63,953 nt of DNA from a virus (taxonomy: Duplodnaviria; Caudoviricetes), in the IMG/VR virus record IMGVR_UViG_3300009081_000013, positions 1 through 63,953 of that record; one strand, 5' to 3'. The notes beneath the pieces were generated by a model. The model was not told the origin of the DNA, ran no database searches, and worked only from the letters and a program-made list of their open reading frames with translations. Of this stretch, positions 36,879-46,668 are shown piece by piece. The position numbers were made by a program, and so were the translations under genes. How positions within the stretch are numbered: position 1 is the stretch's first letter; every line of letters begins with the position of its first letter.

Positions 36879-37253
36879 ATGAAAACTATCGTTGCTTTGT
36901 GTCTTTTGCTCTTGGTTGGCTGTGCGTCCGCCCCGTTTGAAGGCTGGACGAAAGCCGACACCACCCGCCAAGTTGCTTATTCGGCCCTGCACGTCGCAGA
37001 TTGGGCGCAGACCGTCGAAATAACCCACAGCAACGGCCGGTACTACGAGGCTGGCCTGGCGTCCTATGCCATGGGGCACCACCCTGATGAACCCGAGGTC
37101 CATCTTTATATGGGCTCTACTCTTCTGCTTCAAACCGCCATCAGCGCCATGCTCGAACCGAAATACAGAAGGGCTTGGCAATACGTTTGGATCGGGTCTG
37201 AAGGCGGAACGGTTTTGCACAATTACTCCATAGGGCTTAGGTTTGGTTTTTAA
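36879..37253 (+). CDS. lipoprotein moron on the opposite strand
   Basis: AAGGAG RBS; MKTIVALCLLLLVG-C lipobox; C-terminal GLRFGF; upstream TTGACA at 36828. Confidence 0.8.
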   Translation: MKTIVALCLLLLVGCASAPFEGWTKADTTRQVAYSALHVADWAQTVEITHSNGRYYEAGLASYAMGHHPDEPEVHLYMGSTLLLQTAISAMLEPKYRRAWQYVWIGSEGGTVLHNYSIGLRFGF

Positions 37254-37945
37254 TCTATATAAGTTACAAGAATATAGCCCCTATTCATCACCGCATCATT
37301 ATAATTCGTTGAATCAAAATCTCCGCCTGTTACCCTGTTTAAAATAACGTTGGTAGTAGTTACCGATGATATGTATAAATCGTGATCTCCAGCATCGGTA
37401 TCTCCTGTGTATGGTATAGGATCGCCGGTTGACAAAGCATCATTGAAAAGTATACCACTCACACTGACTATTTTCGTTAAAGTTACACCATGAGCGACTG
37501 AAACCGCTGAAGTGGAATCCATATTCCAAACGCCGATATTGATTACTTTTTGCCTTGGTTGCGCAATTCCACCGCGCTGCACTACCACAGATAATCCCAT
37601 ATCGACAAACCCATCTGCCACTGTAAAACCGGTCGTAAATGTCTTTGTGCCACCGATACTTTGATTATCGACAGTATTTACCAGCGTTTTACCATCACAC
37701 TGATTCAACTCAGCAGCGGAAGCAGTAACGTCTGAAGCACCTGTAGCCAAAGTATGCGTGTGGGAGTTTTTAGCGGTAGAACCATCGCACGTCGTATTGA
37801 TCTCGGCAGCGGTTGCAGTGATCGCCGCGCGCGCGGCCAAATGCGTTCCAATGACTGCATCGATCGCCGCATTGTTGGTCCGAACAGCGTCGTCCAAGTA
37901 GCGCGCCTGTATCCCGGGAGCAGGCACATCTTTATCCCAACTCAT
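37250..37945 (-). CDS. short fibre/needle-like virion protein
   Basis: Repeated TATAAEIN/TASAAELN.CDG, QSIGGTKTF fibre motifs. Confidence 0.65.
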   Translation of the reverse strand: MSWDKDVPAPGIQARYLDDAVRTNNAAIDAVIGTHLAARAAITATAAEINTTCDGSTAKNSHTHTLATGASDVTASAAELNQCDGKTLVNTVDNQSIGGTKTFTTGFTVADGFVDMGLSVVVQRGGIAQPRQKVINIGVWNMDSTSAVSVAHGVTLTKIVSVSGILFNDALSTGDPIPYTGDTDAGDHDLYISSVTTTNVILNRVTGGDFDSTNYNDAVMNRGYILVTYID

Positions 37946-37954
37946 CTTCTCTCC

Positions 37955-38581
37955 TTAAAACGACGGTTTGTTCCGTGTGCCGATAGGTATCTGCGCCACG
38001 GTGTTGTTGTGGATCAGCCCGACGTAGACTTTGTAGAGCGGCGCCAGCGACTGCATGCCATCTGTGTCGCCTTCATCACTTTTCAGCTCGATGGCGGCGC
38101 CATAGACAATAGCCCTGCCCCACAACTCGTTGTCGGGCAGATCGGCGTCATTCACCAATTCATCCGGCGTGCTCGACACCTTACGCATCTTGAGCGTGTA
38201 AACGCCATCGGGGATCTTGCGCACATAGAGCGTTCGATCAAAAAGAAGCACCCCCGTGGGCTGGCCCTCATCTGTGTCGTCCATGGGGTATTCGTCAAAG
38301 AACACTTCTTTGTCGGTGTAAAAATCGATCTGCTCATCGTCTAAATAGAGCGGACCCGACACGGCGATGATCGTCGCCGGCAACGCATAAGTTTCCGTGC
38401 TGTCCACCGTGTTGATGGAATACCAGCCTTTAAACTCAGGAGGGCTTATGATCTCCGGCAAGCGGACGCGATAAAAATCGTTCAACGCCGCTTTAACGTC
38501 CACTGCACTCATTTGAGCAATCGTCCGCTTGCCGGTGATCTTCCGGAAATCATTTTGCATACGAAGAAAAGTGTAAGCCAT
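37955..38581 (-). CDS. head-tail adaptor
   Basis: TETYALP, LYVRKIPDGVYTL, AIVYGA motifs; position. Confidence 0.7.
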   Translation of the reverse strand: MAYTFLRMQNDFRKITGKRTIAQMSAVDVKAALNDFYRVRLPEIISPPEFKGWYSINTVDSTETYALPATIIAVSGPLYLDDEQIDFYTDKEVFFDEYPMDDTDEGQPTGVLLFDRTLYVRKIPDGVYTLKMRKVSSTPDELVNDADLPDNELWGRAIVYGAAIELKSDEGDTDGMQSLAPLYKVYVGLIHNNTVAQIPIGTRNKPSF

Positions 38582-38590
38582 GGCTTCCTG

Positions 38591-39226
38591 CTACTTCGGG
38601 GATTCAATCTGCTCAGTTACAGCCGCAGCCGTCAGGGTAGACGGGAGTGACCCGCCCATTGTGTAGAACAGGCCGGCCATGTTGTTATAGACCACCGTGC
38701 TGTTGGCCGCGTTCAGAGCGGTTGCGCCGAAAGTGAAAGCTCCGTCTGATTTTGTGACCGTTACATACCCAATCCGCACATGATCCGTGCCGACAGCGGG
38801 AAGACCAGCGGCAGCCAAACCAGCAGAATCATACCCGGTGGCATTGTCGGCTGCTTCCACAGCGTCGATGGTCAGATTGATGCCAATGTCAAGGGCAACA
38901 GCGCCAAACTTGTTCTGCGGGATGATGTCGTTGCCCGGCGCTGTGCCGGCGGCAACGGCTGCCTTGGTGTAGAGCTTTCCGTTGGCAATGAACGAGAACT
39001 GCAAAGTGGCAATGTTCTGAGTCGTGCTGCCAAGGGCCAGCTCGGCGGATGTAACCAGATAATCTCCAGACATCAGCCCAAGAGCTGCGATCAGGGTAGC
39101 ATGGTCATCACGCAACTCGTTGACAGCGGCACGCAAAGCATCGACTTCAGCGTCTTCAGCTTTGTGCAGTAGGATATGCTCCTCGGCGCGGCTGACCGAT
39201 TCGAGGTTTATTTTTCTCTTAGCCAA
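38591..39226 (-). CDS. virion structural protein (decoration/fibre-like)
   Basis: Ala/Gly-rich; follows the capsid genes. Confidence 0.55.
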   Translation of the reverse strand: MAKRKINLESVSRAEEHILLHKAEDAEVDALRAAVNELRDDHATLIAALGLMSGDYLVTSAELALGSTTQNIATLQFSFIANGKLYTKAAVAAGTAPGNDIIPQNKFGAVALDIGINLTIDAVEAADNATGYDSAGLAAAGLPAVGTDHVRIGYVTVTKSDGAFTFGATALNAANSTVVYNNMAGLFYTMGGSLPSTLTAAAVTEQIESPK

Positions 39227-39647
39227 TTACTTTTTCCTTTTTCGGAGCGCTGCGGGTAATGCCGCCGCGCGATTCGATAACCGGCAGACACATGAACCGC
39301 CTCAACGTGCCCGAGCGCGAGCTGCGCAGGGCGCCTGTAATCGGGTCCGTCTCGTTCGAATACACCAGCATGGTCAGACTGTTCACATGATGCACGACCT
39401 CTTCAGGCCACTCCACCACATCGCCGTGTTTCACCGAGTACTTGATGCCATTGTAATCAAACTTCACCTCGGGCGAAGGCTGGCCGGTGCCAGGCGGGTC
39501 TTCGTTGTTCTGGAACTCCACCTTCATCTTCGGGCCTTCTTCGAGACGCTTTTTCACTTCAGCCTTGTGAGCCTTTACACGCCGAAGTTCCTCTTTGACT
39601 TGCGCGTTGATGGACGCGGTTTCTTTATCTGCCAGGGTCATGCCCAT
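39219..39647 (-). CDS. hypothetical protein of the head module
   Basis: AAGGAG RBS; synteny. Confidence 0.65.
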   Translation of the reverse strand: MGMTLADKETASINAQVKEELRRVKAHKAEVKKRLEEGPKMKVEFQNNEDPPGTGQPSPEVKFDYNGIKYSVKHGDVVEWPEEVVHHVNSLTMLVYSNETDPITGALRSSRSGTLRRFMCLPVIESRGGITRSAPKKEKVIG

Positions 39648-39674
39648 GGGTACTACTCCTTTTGTCTTGGTTAA

Positions 39675-39703
39675 CCCAGACGGAGGGTTCAGCTCCGTCT
39701 GGG
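39675..39703 (-). terminator. 11-bp stem hairpin after the capsid/decoration genes (partial terminator or mRNA stabiliser)
   Basis: CCCAGACGGAG-7nt-CTCCGTCTGGG; weak U-tract. Confidence 0.55.
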
Positions 39704-39718
39704 CCGTTGGTGTTTTGC

Positions 39719-40384
39719 TTAGGCTACGTCGCCCAGATCCATGTATTCATCGAAATACTCAGCTTCCCAATAGATGACATCGCCGTCATCCATGAAAGCC
39801 GTATCGATCGTGACACCGGAGCCGGAGCCTTTGCCGCCCAGCGTCATATCACTGATGCTGATGACGTAGTTGGGAGGCGTGCCATCGGAGCCAAAGCCGA
39901 AGGCGGTGCCGCCTTTGGTAGCGCTGATGCGGAAGGTCGTGGCCGTGGCGTCGATAACGTAGTACTGACTCAAGGCACTCACGTTGGTAGGCAGTCCGCC
40001 ACCAGCGACGAACATCACCTTGTCGTTGTTCTTCAGGCCATGGCCGGCCGCATCGACGCAGGTGATCAGATCTTCGGAGGCGCCACCGGTGTCGTCGAAA
40101 GTGACACTCTTGCGGTCACCAATGACCGTGCCGGGGGCAAAGGCGCTGATCAGACCGCCGGAGGTTTTCTTCAGAAAGAAGTCACCCGTGCTGGTGCCAG
40201 CCAAGAAGCGGTCGTACTGCACTTCCTGCGCATCGCCCATGCCATAAATCCACTCGAGGATAGCGATCTCTTGGACCGCTGCGGTCATGTTCTGGACCCG
40301 AAATTTATCGGGCACACCTCCGGGCAGCACCAGATTGTAACTGTTGCCGTCGGAGATGAATTTTCCACCGTATTTTCTGCTCAC
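39719..40384 (-). CDS. capsid decoration-like protein with inserted beta domain
   Basis: Directly after the MCP; HGL..NDKV.F...GGLP...YYVI...TTFRIS insertion. Confidence 0.6.
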   Translation of the reverse strand: MSRKYGGKFISDGNSYNLVLPGGVPDKFRVQNMTAAVQEIAILEWIYGMGDAQEVQYDRFLAGTSTGDFFLKKTSGGLISAFAPGTVIGDRKSVTFDDTGGASEDLITCVDAAGHGLKNNDKVMFVAGGGLPTNVSALSQYYVIDATATTFRISATKGGTAFGFGSDGTPPNYVISISDMTLGGKGSGSGVTIDTAFMDDGDVIYWEAEYFDEYMDLGDVA

Positions 40385-40438
40385 TTTACTTCTCCTTTTG
40401 AAATGTTCTACTCAACAAACTGTGCGGCCACCGATAGG

Positions 40439-41377
40439 TTAGGTATCTTTGGTCACGCGCAGGTTGTGGATGTACGCGTCATTGAGGATGCGGCCGGCCC
40501 AGATGGCCTTCCAGCCGGAGGTGGCGTACCGATCCAACTTGCTGCCCGCCTCGGAGAACCCTTTCACGACACTCTGAATGCCATCCAGGGACACGTCGCC
40601 AAAGGCGTCGGCGCCAAAGATCGGCAGGTAGTACACGGGGGTGGCATCGGTGGATTTGTGGGCATTGGTCGTCCACTCCCAGCGGGTGTTACCCAAAGAA
40701 CCCCACTCCCAGTTAGTAACGCCGGTCTGACTGGCGTAAGCGGCCATGGAGATAAAGCCTGTGCAGGCTTCGAGGTCCATGAGCAGCTCGTCGTGGATGA
40801 TACCGCGGAAGGCAGGGCGGAGAGGCGCACTTCCGACACCGGTGCCGGCTGACACCATCTTGGTGATGAATTTGGCGTTGCCGCCGAGCAAGGACAGCAC
40901 GATGTCATCCACGTCGCCGCGGGTGATCTCGGTGGGGGTGCCACCGTTGTTGCCACCGGAGGCGTTGGTCGCAGAAGCAGAAGCCGCCAGGATGTCACGC
41001 ATGAGCGTCTCGAAGGTGATGTCGGCCTGGTAGCCGTTGCGCTCGGCAGACATGCTGAGCACGGGGTCTTGGTTGGTGACATCGACTTCCTCGACAACGT
41101 GCTCAAAATCGCCAAACCACTGGACCTTTGCAGTCAATGCTTCTTGAGACACTTTGCGGCCAGCCGGGTCTTGACCGGGAGACAGCGGCGTGGTAGCCGC
41201 GGCAGGCATAGGATACCGATGCCATTTGTAAGTATCGCCGCTGTTACGCGGCATGGTGGCCTTCTGGGCGTGCTGCCGGTAGACCATGTTCTCTTTGGAC
41301 GCCTCGAGCAGTACTTTGTTGTAGAAAATTCCTACAGCAGGCACCACATCGGTTACTGAGGTAATGTTGTCGGGCAC
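40439..41377 (-). CDS. major capsid protein, N4-gp56 family
   Basis: MPRNSGDTYKWHRY, QWFGDF, EWGSLGNTRW, GADAFG, TSGWKA...ILND motifs; follows the scaffold. Confidence 0.9.
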   Translation of the reverse strand: MPDNITSVTDVVPAVGIFYNKVLLEASKENMVYRQHAQKATMPRNSGDTYKWHRYPMPAAATTPLSPGQDPAGRKVSQEALTAKVQWFGDFEHVVEEVDVTNQDPVLSMSAERNGYQADITFETLMRDILAASASATNASGGNNGGTPTEITRGDVDDIVLSLLGGNAKFITKMVSAGTGVGSAPLRPAFRGIIHDELLMDLEACTGFISMAAYASQTGVTNWEWGSLGNTRWEWTTNAHKSTDATPVYYLPIFGADAFGDVSLDGIQSVVKGFSEAGSKLDRYATSGWKAIWAGRILNDAYIHNLRVTKDT

Positions 41378-41389
41378 TGTCGTTCTCCT

Positions 41390-42256
41390 TTAGAGGGTCA
41401 CTTCGCCTCTATTCACCCGAGCTTTGAAGTCCGCGAACTCTGCTGAACTCATCTGTGGGATCTTGGCCGCCCACGAAAGCGCTGTAGCCGGCGTACCCCC
41501 AGCCGCCCCGGGGTTGCCCGGCTTGGCCTGATTTTCGATGATTCTGTTCAGCTCATCCATTAAGTTTGCCGGAGCGGCGGCCGGAACCTGCGGAGGCGCG
41601 GCGGGCAGAGCAGCAGCTTGCTGCCGAGCACGCAGCATTGCAAACTGCGCGGCCGTTGCGAGCTGTTTTTCGCGTGGCAAACTTTTGATGAGTTCCGCGA
41701 CCCACGGTTGCTCCTGGATCAAAGCGGGAAGTTGTTCCTTCATGATTTGTTTGAATTGGGGATTTTCCTGGGCCAACTCCAAGGCCATAAGTTTGGGCTG
41801 CAACTGACCCAGCGCCTGCTGGACCAGAGCCTGCACCTTTTGCTCCTGCTGCTGGGATAACGCCGACAAGGCTTTTCGAACCTCGCCAGCTTCAATCAGC
41901 CGATCATCCGGCGCCCCATTAAGCAGATCAGCTACGGCGGCTTGAACTTGAGGCGGGGCCAGAGTGGGTTGCTGCGGCGCAGGCATGTTCGCCCGATAAA
42001 GCGCGAGCCGTTCATTGGCCAACTGCATTTGCTGCTGGTACTCGGAGAGCTGGCTTTTGGATGCCTGCAACTCAGAGCGCAGCTTTTCCATCACCGGCAC
42101 CGGCACCATCCTGGTTTCGACAGGAGCGGGGGCTGGGGCTTCAGTGGTGGGGGCCACAGGGGCTGTGGAAGCCGCGGGGGCGGGCGCAGATGTAGCAGGC
42201 GCTGGAGCCGGGGCGGGGGTAACACTCGGAGTTGGGGTAACGATTGGGTCTGTCAT
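41390..42256 (-). CDS. capsid scaffolding protein
   Basis: Pro/Ala N-terminus, MVP.. plus coiled coil, C-terminal MSSAEF; directly upstream of the MCP. Confidence 0.8.
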   Translation of the reverse strand: MTDPIVTPTPSVTPAPAPAPATSAPAPAASTAPVAPTTEAPAPAPVETRMVPVPVMEKLRSELQASKSQLSEYQQQMQLANERLALYRANMPAPQQPTLAPPQVQAAVADLLNGAPDDRLIEAGEVRKALSALSQQQEQKVQALVQQALGQLQPKLMALELAQENPQFKQIMKEQLPALIQEQPWVAELIKSLPREKQLATAAQFAMLRARQQAAALPAAPPQVPAAAPANLMDELNRIIENQAKPGNPGAAGGTPATALSWAAKIPQMSSAEFADFKARVNRGEVTL

Positions 42257-42265
42257 GTGAACCTC

Positions 42266-42402
42266 TTACGCCCGTTCCATGCGGGTTTGGCCGTCCCGGC
42301 GGCGGACTGTCTCTCGCTTTCGGCGATGAGCTTTAACGCCCTGTGGCCTTGCCCGCCGGCGATTACACCCGGCGGCGGTGTGTTGGGGCCGCTTTCGGCG
42401 GC
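42266..42402 (-). ncRNA. tandem structured cis-regulatory RNA upstream of the scaffold gene
   Basis: Two copies of [CGAAA-loop hairpin][GCCGCCG-loop hairpin][GGGCGU]; stems differ but pairing is kept. Confidence 0.65.
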
Positions 42403-42406
42403 TGGG

Positions 42407-42835
42407 TTAAAAAACCAAACCTTTCACCGGCATGCCGACGGCATCTTTGCAGATGCTGGGCAGCGCGCCGGATGGATCCAAAACACCGGACAGAACGATG
42501 CGGTCGTAGGGCAGCACCCATTCTTTCCGGAAAAGTCCTTGCCGGTTGTTCACGTAAAAGCACATGGTGCCAAGAGTCCTGAAGTTTTCGATCTTGACCG
42601 TCGGGGGCAGCAGATAAATCACTGAGCGCACAGCGCGCTTGCCCACAGCGTCAAAACGCGCGTGGATGAACATGTAGTACGCTTCTTTGGCCGCGTGCTT
42701 GTCGAGCATCTTTTCCATGCTGCGCAGCAGGCCCATGGTAAAATCCTTGGTGATGTCGCCCAGATAAATCTGGTGTGTCTGCTTACGCATGCCAAAAACG
42801 TCGTACATCTGCTTGATCATGATGTTCGGGTTCAT
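42407..42835 (-). CDS. hypothetical protein
   Basis: Between the portal and scaffold genes. Confidence 0.7.
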   Translation of the reverse strand: MNPNIMIKQMYDVFGMRKQTHQIYLGDITKDFTMGLLRSMEKMLDKHAAKEAYYMFIHARFDAVGKRAVRSVIYLLPPTVKIENFRTLGTMCFYVNNRQGLFRKEWVLPYDRIVLSGVLDPSGALPSICKDAVGMPVKGLVF

Positions 42836-44800
42836 TTACATCCCCATCGGCGCCGGAGCGGCCGGGTTGCCGGGCGCCGGAGCGCCTGCTTCTGTTTGCT
42901 GTTTGATCATCGTCAGCACACGCACCAGAGTTTCCAGATTGGTAAGATCGATCGACTGGAGATCCTTAAGCGTTTTGACCCGATCGTAGGTGGCTGAGGT
43001 CCGATTCTCATGCGCTTGGGTCATGCGCTCGGCGGTCTTTGCGATATTGGCCTGCATCATCGCCTGGTTCATCTGCGTCTGCTGACGGTTCATTTCCTGA
43101 TTGGCCGCGTCTTGCTTGGCCGCCGCCTCTTCCCGGGCCTTGATTTGCCGGATCAAATCGCTTTTGCCCTCAAGCGGCCAGGCTTCGATGATCGCCGAAG
43201 TCGGGATTTCTTCCATGCCCATTTTGCGCATGGCCATGAGCTGTGCGTAATAGTGCTGTTTCTGCGTATCAGTGAGCAGACCCTCGACGCACACAACGTC
43301 GTATTTGCCAAAGTCCTTTTCAAGCAACTGTGGCGTGGGGGGTTTGTTGGTAATGCGCTGGAACTTCTGGGGCGTGTAGTTTTTCTGCATCGCCCGCAGT
43401 GTCTTTGACCCAAGGATCTTCTGAGACAGACTTAGGTTGTCGAACAAATCGTGGAGCACCGTGAGTCCTGCGTGCTGCCGAAGCTTGGCCAGGATCGCGC
43501 TCACTTCGACATCCTGCGTATCCGGCATGCCAAACATCTCTTTTGAAAAGCCGGGGATCTCCACCACATCCTGGTCCATGAGCGCAGTCAAGGTGAACAG
43601 CCCCTGCGGGATGTCTGACGCACGCAGTTCTTTGATGTCTTGCTCGATCGGACGATCACCGGGGTTGAGCCAAATGACCTTGCCCTGGCCGGTTTGATAA
43701 AGCTGCTCTTTGTTTTGCACCGAATCCGCGCGGGCGGCGTAGCCAGAACTGATTTGGCTATCAATGATGTCCAGCATTTTGCTCCGGCGCTTGTTGATTT
43801 CGTCTTGCGGATCGCGGTCACAACGGATCAGACCCTGAATGCGAAGCTCGGGCTTGGCTGCCTCGGGGCTCCAAAAGCCGATGAAAGGCACCCACGGGAA
43901 ATCATCTAAGCCCACGGGGTCAGGGCCAGTCCAGACGTGAATGCCATTGGCGAACACGCGCAGCTCAACAGTGGTTTTGGCTCGTTTCACCACCGCGATT
44001 TGGTCTTCGGTCACACCCATGACTTGAAAGTATTCGCGCAACCGCGCATCATCACCGTTCCACTTGGCCACCTGGCCATTGGACTTATCGATGAGCGCTG
44101 TGTGAGAAGCAGTGGTCCGCACCCACATACGATCGTAGGCATATGGCGACTGGTTGTTACGCATGCGATGCGTGCTGGTCATCTGCGGAAACTTCATGCC
44201 ACCGCTGGCCGGCGGGCCGAGGTCGTCCACTTTGATATTGGGCAAAAGCATTTGCAGCCGGTCGCGGCCAACGAGCGTGCGGTTGAGCACTGCTTCGCAG
44301 TCTTTCATGTCCCGCTGGCGACAGGTCATATCAAAAAGTACGCTGTTGTAGTCATGGCGGTACCAGGATATGTCACCGTTGACCAAATCATTGGTATAAT
44401 CCACCATCAACTCGACCATGTTCAAACCGGTGATCAGCGGACCGTGCTCAAAGGCGTCGGAAATCAGATTGTATCCATTGCAGTATTGGGTGTTCCACAG
44501 CAACGCCGCGGACAGGATCTCGCCGGTCATCTGGTCGGACCCTTCGACCGGATCGAGCCGCATGGACAGCCGATTTGCTCTTTGATAACCGCCGACGGCT
44601 TTGATGATGCGCCGGACTTTATTGAACACCAGCGCTTCGCGGCGCTGGCTTTTCAAATAGTTCTTCATGCGCGAGTCCCACTGGTCGCCCAGCATGACTT
44701 CCAGGTCGCGCTTCATCTCCATGTGGAGTTGGCTCCAATCCGCCGAATAGGCACCGTACGCCTCATCGAACTCTTGTGTCTTTTGCAGATCGGTCGCCAT
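42836..44800 (-). CDS. portal protein (P22-like)
   Basis: GDQW, LVFNKVR, FPWVPF, GLIR...DPQDEINKRRSK, GKYDVV motifs; follows the terminase. Confidence 0.9.
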   Translation of the reverse strand: MATDLQKTQEFDEAYGAYSADWSQLHMEMKRDLEVMLGDQWDSRMKNYLKSQRREALVFNKVRRIIKAVGGYQRANRLSMRLDPVEGSDQMTGEILSAALLWNTQYCNGYNLISDAFEHGPLITGLNMVELMVDYTNDLVNGDISWYRHDYNSVLFDMTCRQRDMKDCEAVLNRTLVGRDRLQMLLPNIKVDDLGPPASGGMKFPQMTSTHRMRNNQSPYAYDRMWVRTTASHTALIDKSNGQVAKWNGDDARLREYFQVMGVTEDQIAVVKRAKTTVELRVFANGIHVWTGPDPVGLDDFPWVPFIGFWSPEAAKPELRIQGLIRCDRDPQDEINKRRSKMLDIIDSQISSGYAARADSVQNKEQLYQTGQGKVIWLNPGDRPIEQDIKELRASDIPQGLFTLTALMDQDVVEIPGFSKEMFGMPDTQDVEVSAILAKLRQHAGLTVLHDLFDNLSLSQKILGSKTLRAMQKNYTPQKFQRITNKPPTPQLLEKDFGKYDVVCVEGLLTDTQKQHYYAQLMAMRKMGMEEIPTSAIIEAWPLEGKSDLIRQIKAREEAAAKQDAANQEMNRQQTQMNQAMMQANIAKTAERMTQAHENRTSATYDRVKTLKDLQSIDLTNLETLVRVLTMIKQQTEAGAPAPGNPAAPAPMGM

Positions 44801-44810
44801 GCTTTATCCT

Positions 44811-46496
44811 CTAATAAACAGGAGCGCAGTACTTAGCCTTCATCTCACGATGCGCCGCATCGCTCATCGCGTTGCCGGTGTAACCCTTGTGCGGCGAAAA
44901 CGTGAGCGCCAAAGAATCCAATTTGTTCGGCGAGCGCTTGAGCAAATCCCGAATGGTGTCTTTGTCCGTGATCTTGACCCGGCCGTTTTTATCCCAGAAG
45001 CGCAGCACCTGAAGTTCTTCCCGCAGCTCATCGTCGTCGGGCAGCATCGCCGCAGGATTGTCCTTTAAAAACAACCGCACCTGCCACAGCAACTGATCGC
45101 GCATGCGGTCAAATTCGCCTTCTTCGCACACTTCAGTTGCCCGAACCTGGGTTTTGACACCGACTGCGTTGATGCCGACGCGGCGCAGAGCGGGAGCTGT
45201 TCCCGCGCCAAAGCCGTTGGCGTCAACAAATGTCTTTTTGGTGCCGGCGCGCTTGATCTCTTCTTCAGATCGATCGTTGGTGACACCCATATCCACCCCG
45301 CCCCAGCCGGCGAACTCTTTTACGAACGCGCCAAAGCGGTGACACAGCGAGGTCTTGTCCACACCAAGTTCGCCCGGATCAATTCCGGTCGTTCCCTCGG
45401 CGCCTTCGGGCGGGTCTTCGCCATGCTGGTCCACGTAGGCTTCCCAGCGGGCCATGGCGTTATCGATCCAGCCTTCTTCGATGAGGACATTTTCTTCCTT
45501 GGATGGGTATTCGCCCAACACCATGTAGGAAAACTTGGGATTTTCAATACGATAGCGACCGGGACGAAGCGGAGGATACAGCGTGCCGTCTTTTTTGCGG
45601 GCGACATAGCCAACCATAAACTCAGGCAGCACAAACACGTCCGCGCCAGCGTAGTCGTCATCGTCGCGCAACCACCGGCACCAGTTGTTGATACGCCAAC
45701 CGGTTTTCTCCCGCGTTACCGCGCCAGGGTAGACGTCTTCGCCGGTGGTGACGTTGGGGTGCTCAAAGGCGGAGAGCTGGACCACAACTGCTTCGTGGTC
45801 CTTGATCATTTTATAAACGCGGCCGTGCTTGTGCCGGGGGTTAAACATCACCAGCAGGCGGGCCATACCGCCGGACATGCACGACTCGATGCCGGAGTAA
45901 ACAGGATCAGGCACAGCGTCGCCCTCGTCCACGATGAACACAATGACGGGGGCGTGGCGGCCAGAGAAGCGGGCCTCTCTTTCGTGCTCCATGCCCTGCC
46001 CGGGGATTGTCAGACCGTCGATCGTTGAGCTGCCCATACGAAGGGTCATGCCGGAAATCCGACACGGCCCAAAGACCGCTTCGGCGCTCTTGACGTTGCC
46101 GGTAACTTTGTCCCAGAGGATGCGCCGAAGGTTTTTCTCCGGCGGAGCGGCGGTCATGTAGACTTCGGCGTTTGGGAAGCACTTAGCGAAAAACACCGCT
46201 AAATCGGCTGCCGCGTAGGATTTACCGACAGCGTTCCCTGATTGGGCCACAACCACTTCGTTTTCAATCACCGCATTGAGCAACCGGGTGACGTTCTCCG
46301 GATAGGTATGGCCGAGAACCTCTTTGCTAAAAAGCGCGGGGTCTTTTTGATATTGAGTCATAACAGCGGTCTGGGTTTCCAACTCGGGGTTGCCGCCAAA
46401 GCCGGCGAGCAGCTCGGAGAACAGTTGATCCTTCACGGCGCGGGCGCCATTGGGAGCAACCAGATCAAATCCAAGTCGAGAAGCTGCGCTATTCAA
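44811..46496 (-). CDS. terL: terminase large subunit
   Basis: SGNAVGKS (Walker A), VFIVDEG (Walker B), FNP, GIDPG, RSPNKLDSLALTF; start uncertain. Confidence 0.92.
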   Translation of the reverse strand: MNSAASRLGFDLVAPNGARAVKDQLFSELLAGFGGNPELETQTAVMTQYQKDPALFSKEVLGHTYPENVTRLLNAVIENEVVVAQSGNAVGKSYAAADLAVFFAKCFPNAEVYMTAAPPEKNLRRILWDKVTGNVKSAEAVFGPCRISGMTLRMGSSTIDGLTIPGQGMEHEREARFSGRHAPVIVFIVDEGDAVPDPVYSGIESCMSGGMARLLVMFNPRHKHGRVYKMIKDHEAVVVQLSAFEHPNVTTGEDVYPGAVTREKTGWRINNWCRWLRDDDDYAGADVFVLPEFMVGYVARKKDGTLYPPLRPGRYRIENPKFSYMVLGEYPSKEENVLIEEGWIDNAMARWEAYVDQHGEDPPEGAEGTTGIDPGELGVDKTSLCHRFGAFVKEFAGWGGVDMGVTNDRSEEEIKRAGTKKTFVDANGFGAGTAPALRRVGINAVGVKTQVRATEVCEEGEFDRMRDQLLWQVRLFLKDNPAAMLPDDDELREELQVLRFWDKNGRVKITDKDTIRDLLKRSPNKLDSLALTFSPHKGYTGNAMSDAAHREMKAKYCAPVY

Positions 46497-46650
46497 TAAA
46501 GTCGGCTACTTTCGCGGGTAGTTCATCAAGGGAAGCCAAATAGGCCCGATACGTGTCATATGTCTCGTTGGTGGAGTCCGGATCATGCACTTGGGTCATC
46601 GCATCAATAAACTGCTTGGCGCACCGCAATGCTTCGAGGATCTCAGCCAT
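46489..46650 (-). CDS. small hypothetical protein (not in ORF track)
   Basis: MAEILEALRCAKQF...ADFIE, 53 aa, fills the gap between the terminase genes. Confidence 0.5.
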   Translation of the reverse strand: MAEILEALRCAKQFIDAMTQVHDPDSTNETYDTYRAYLASLDELPAKVADFIE

Positions 46651-46668
46651 TACCGAACTCTCCGTGCT

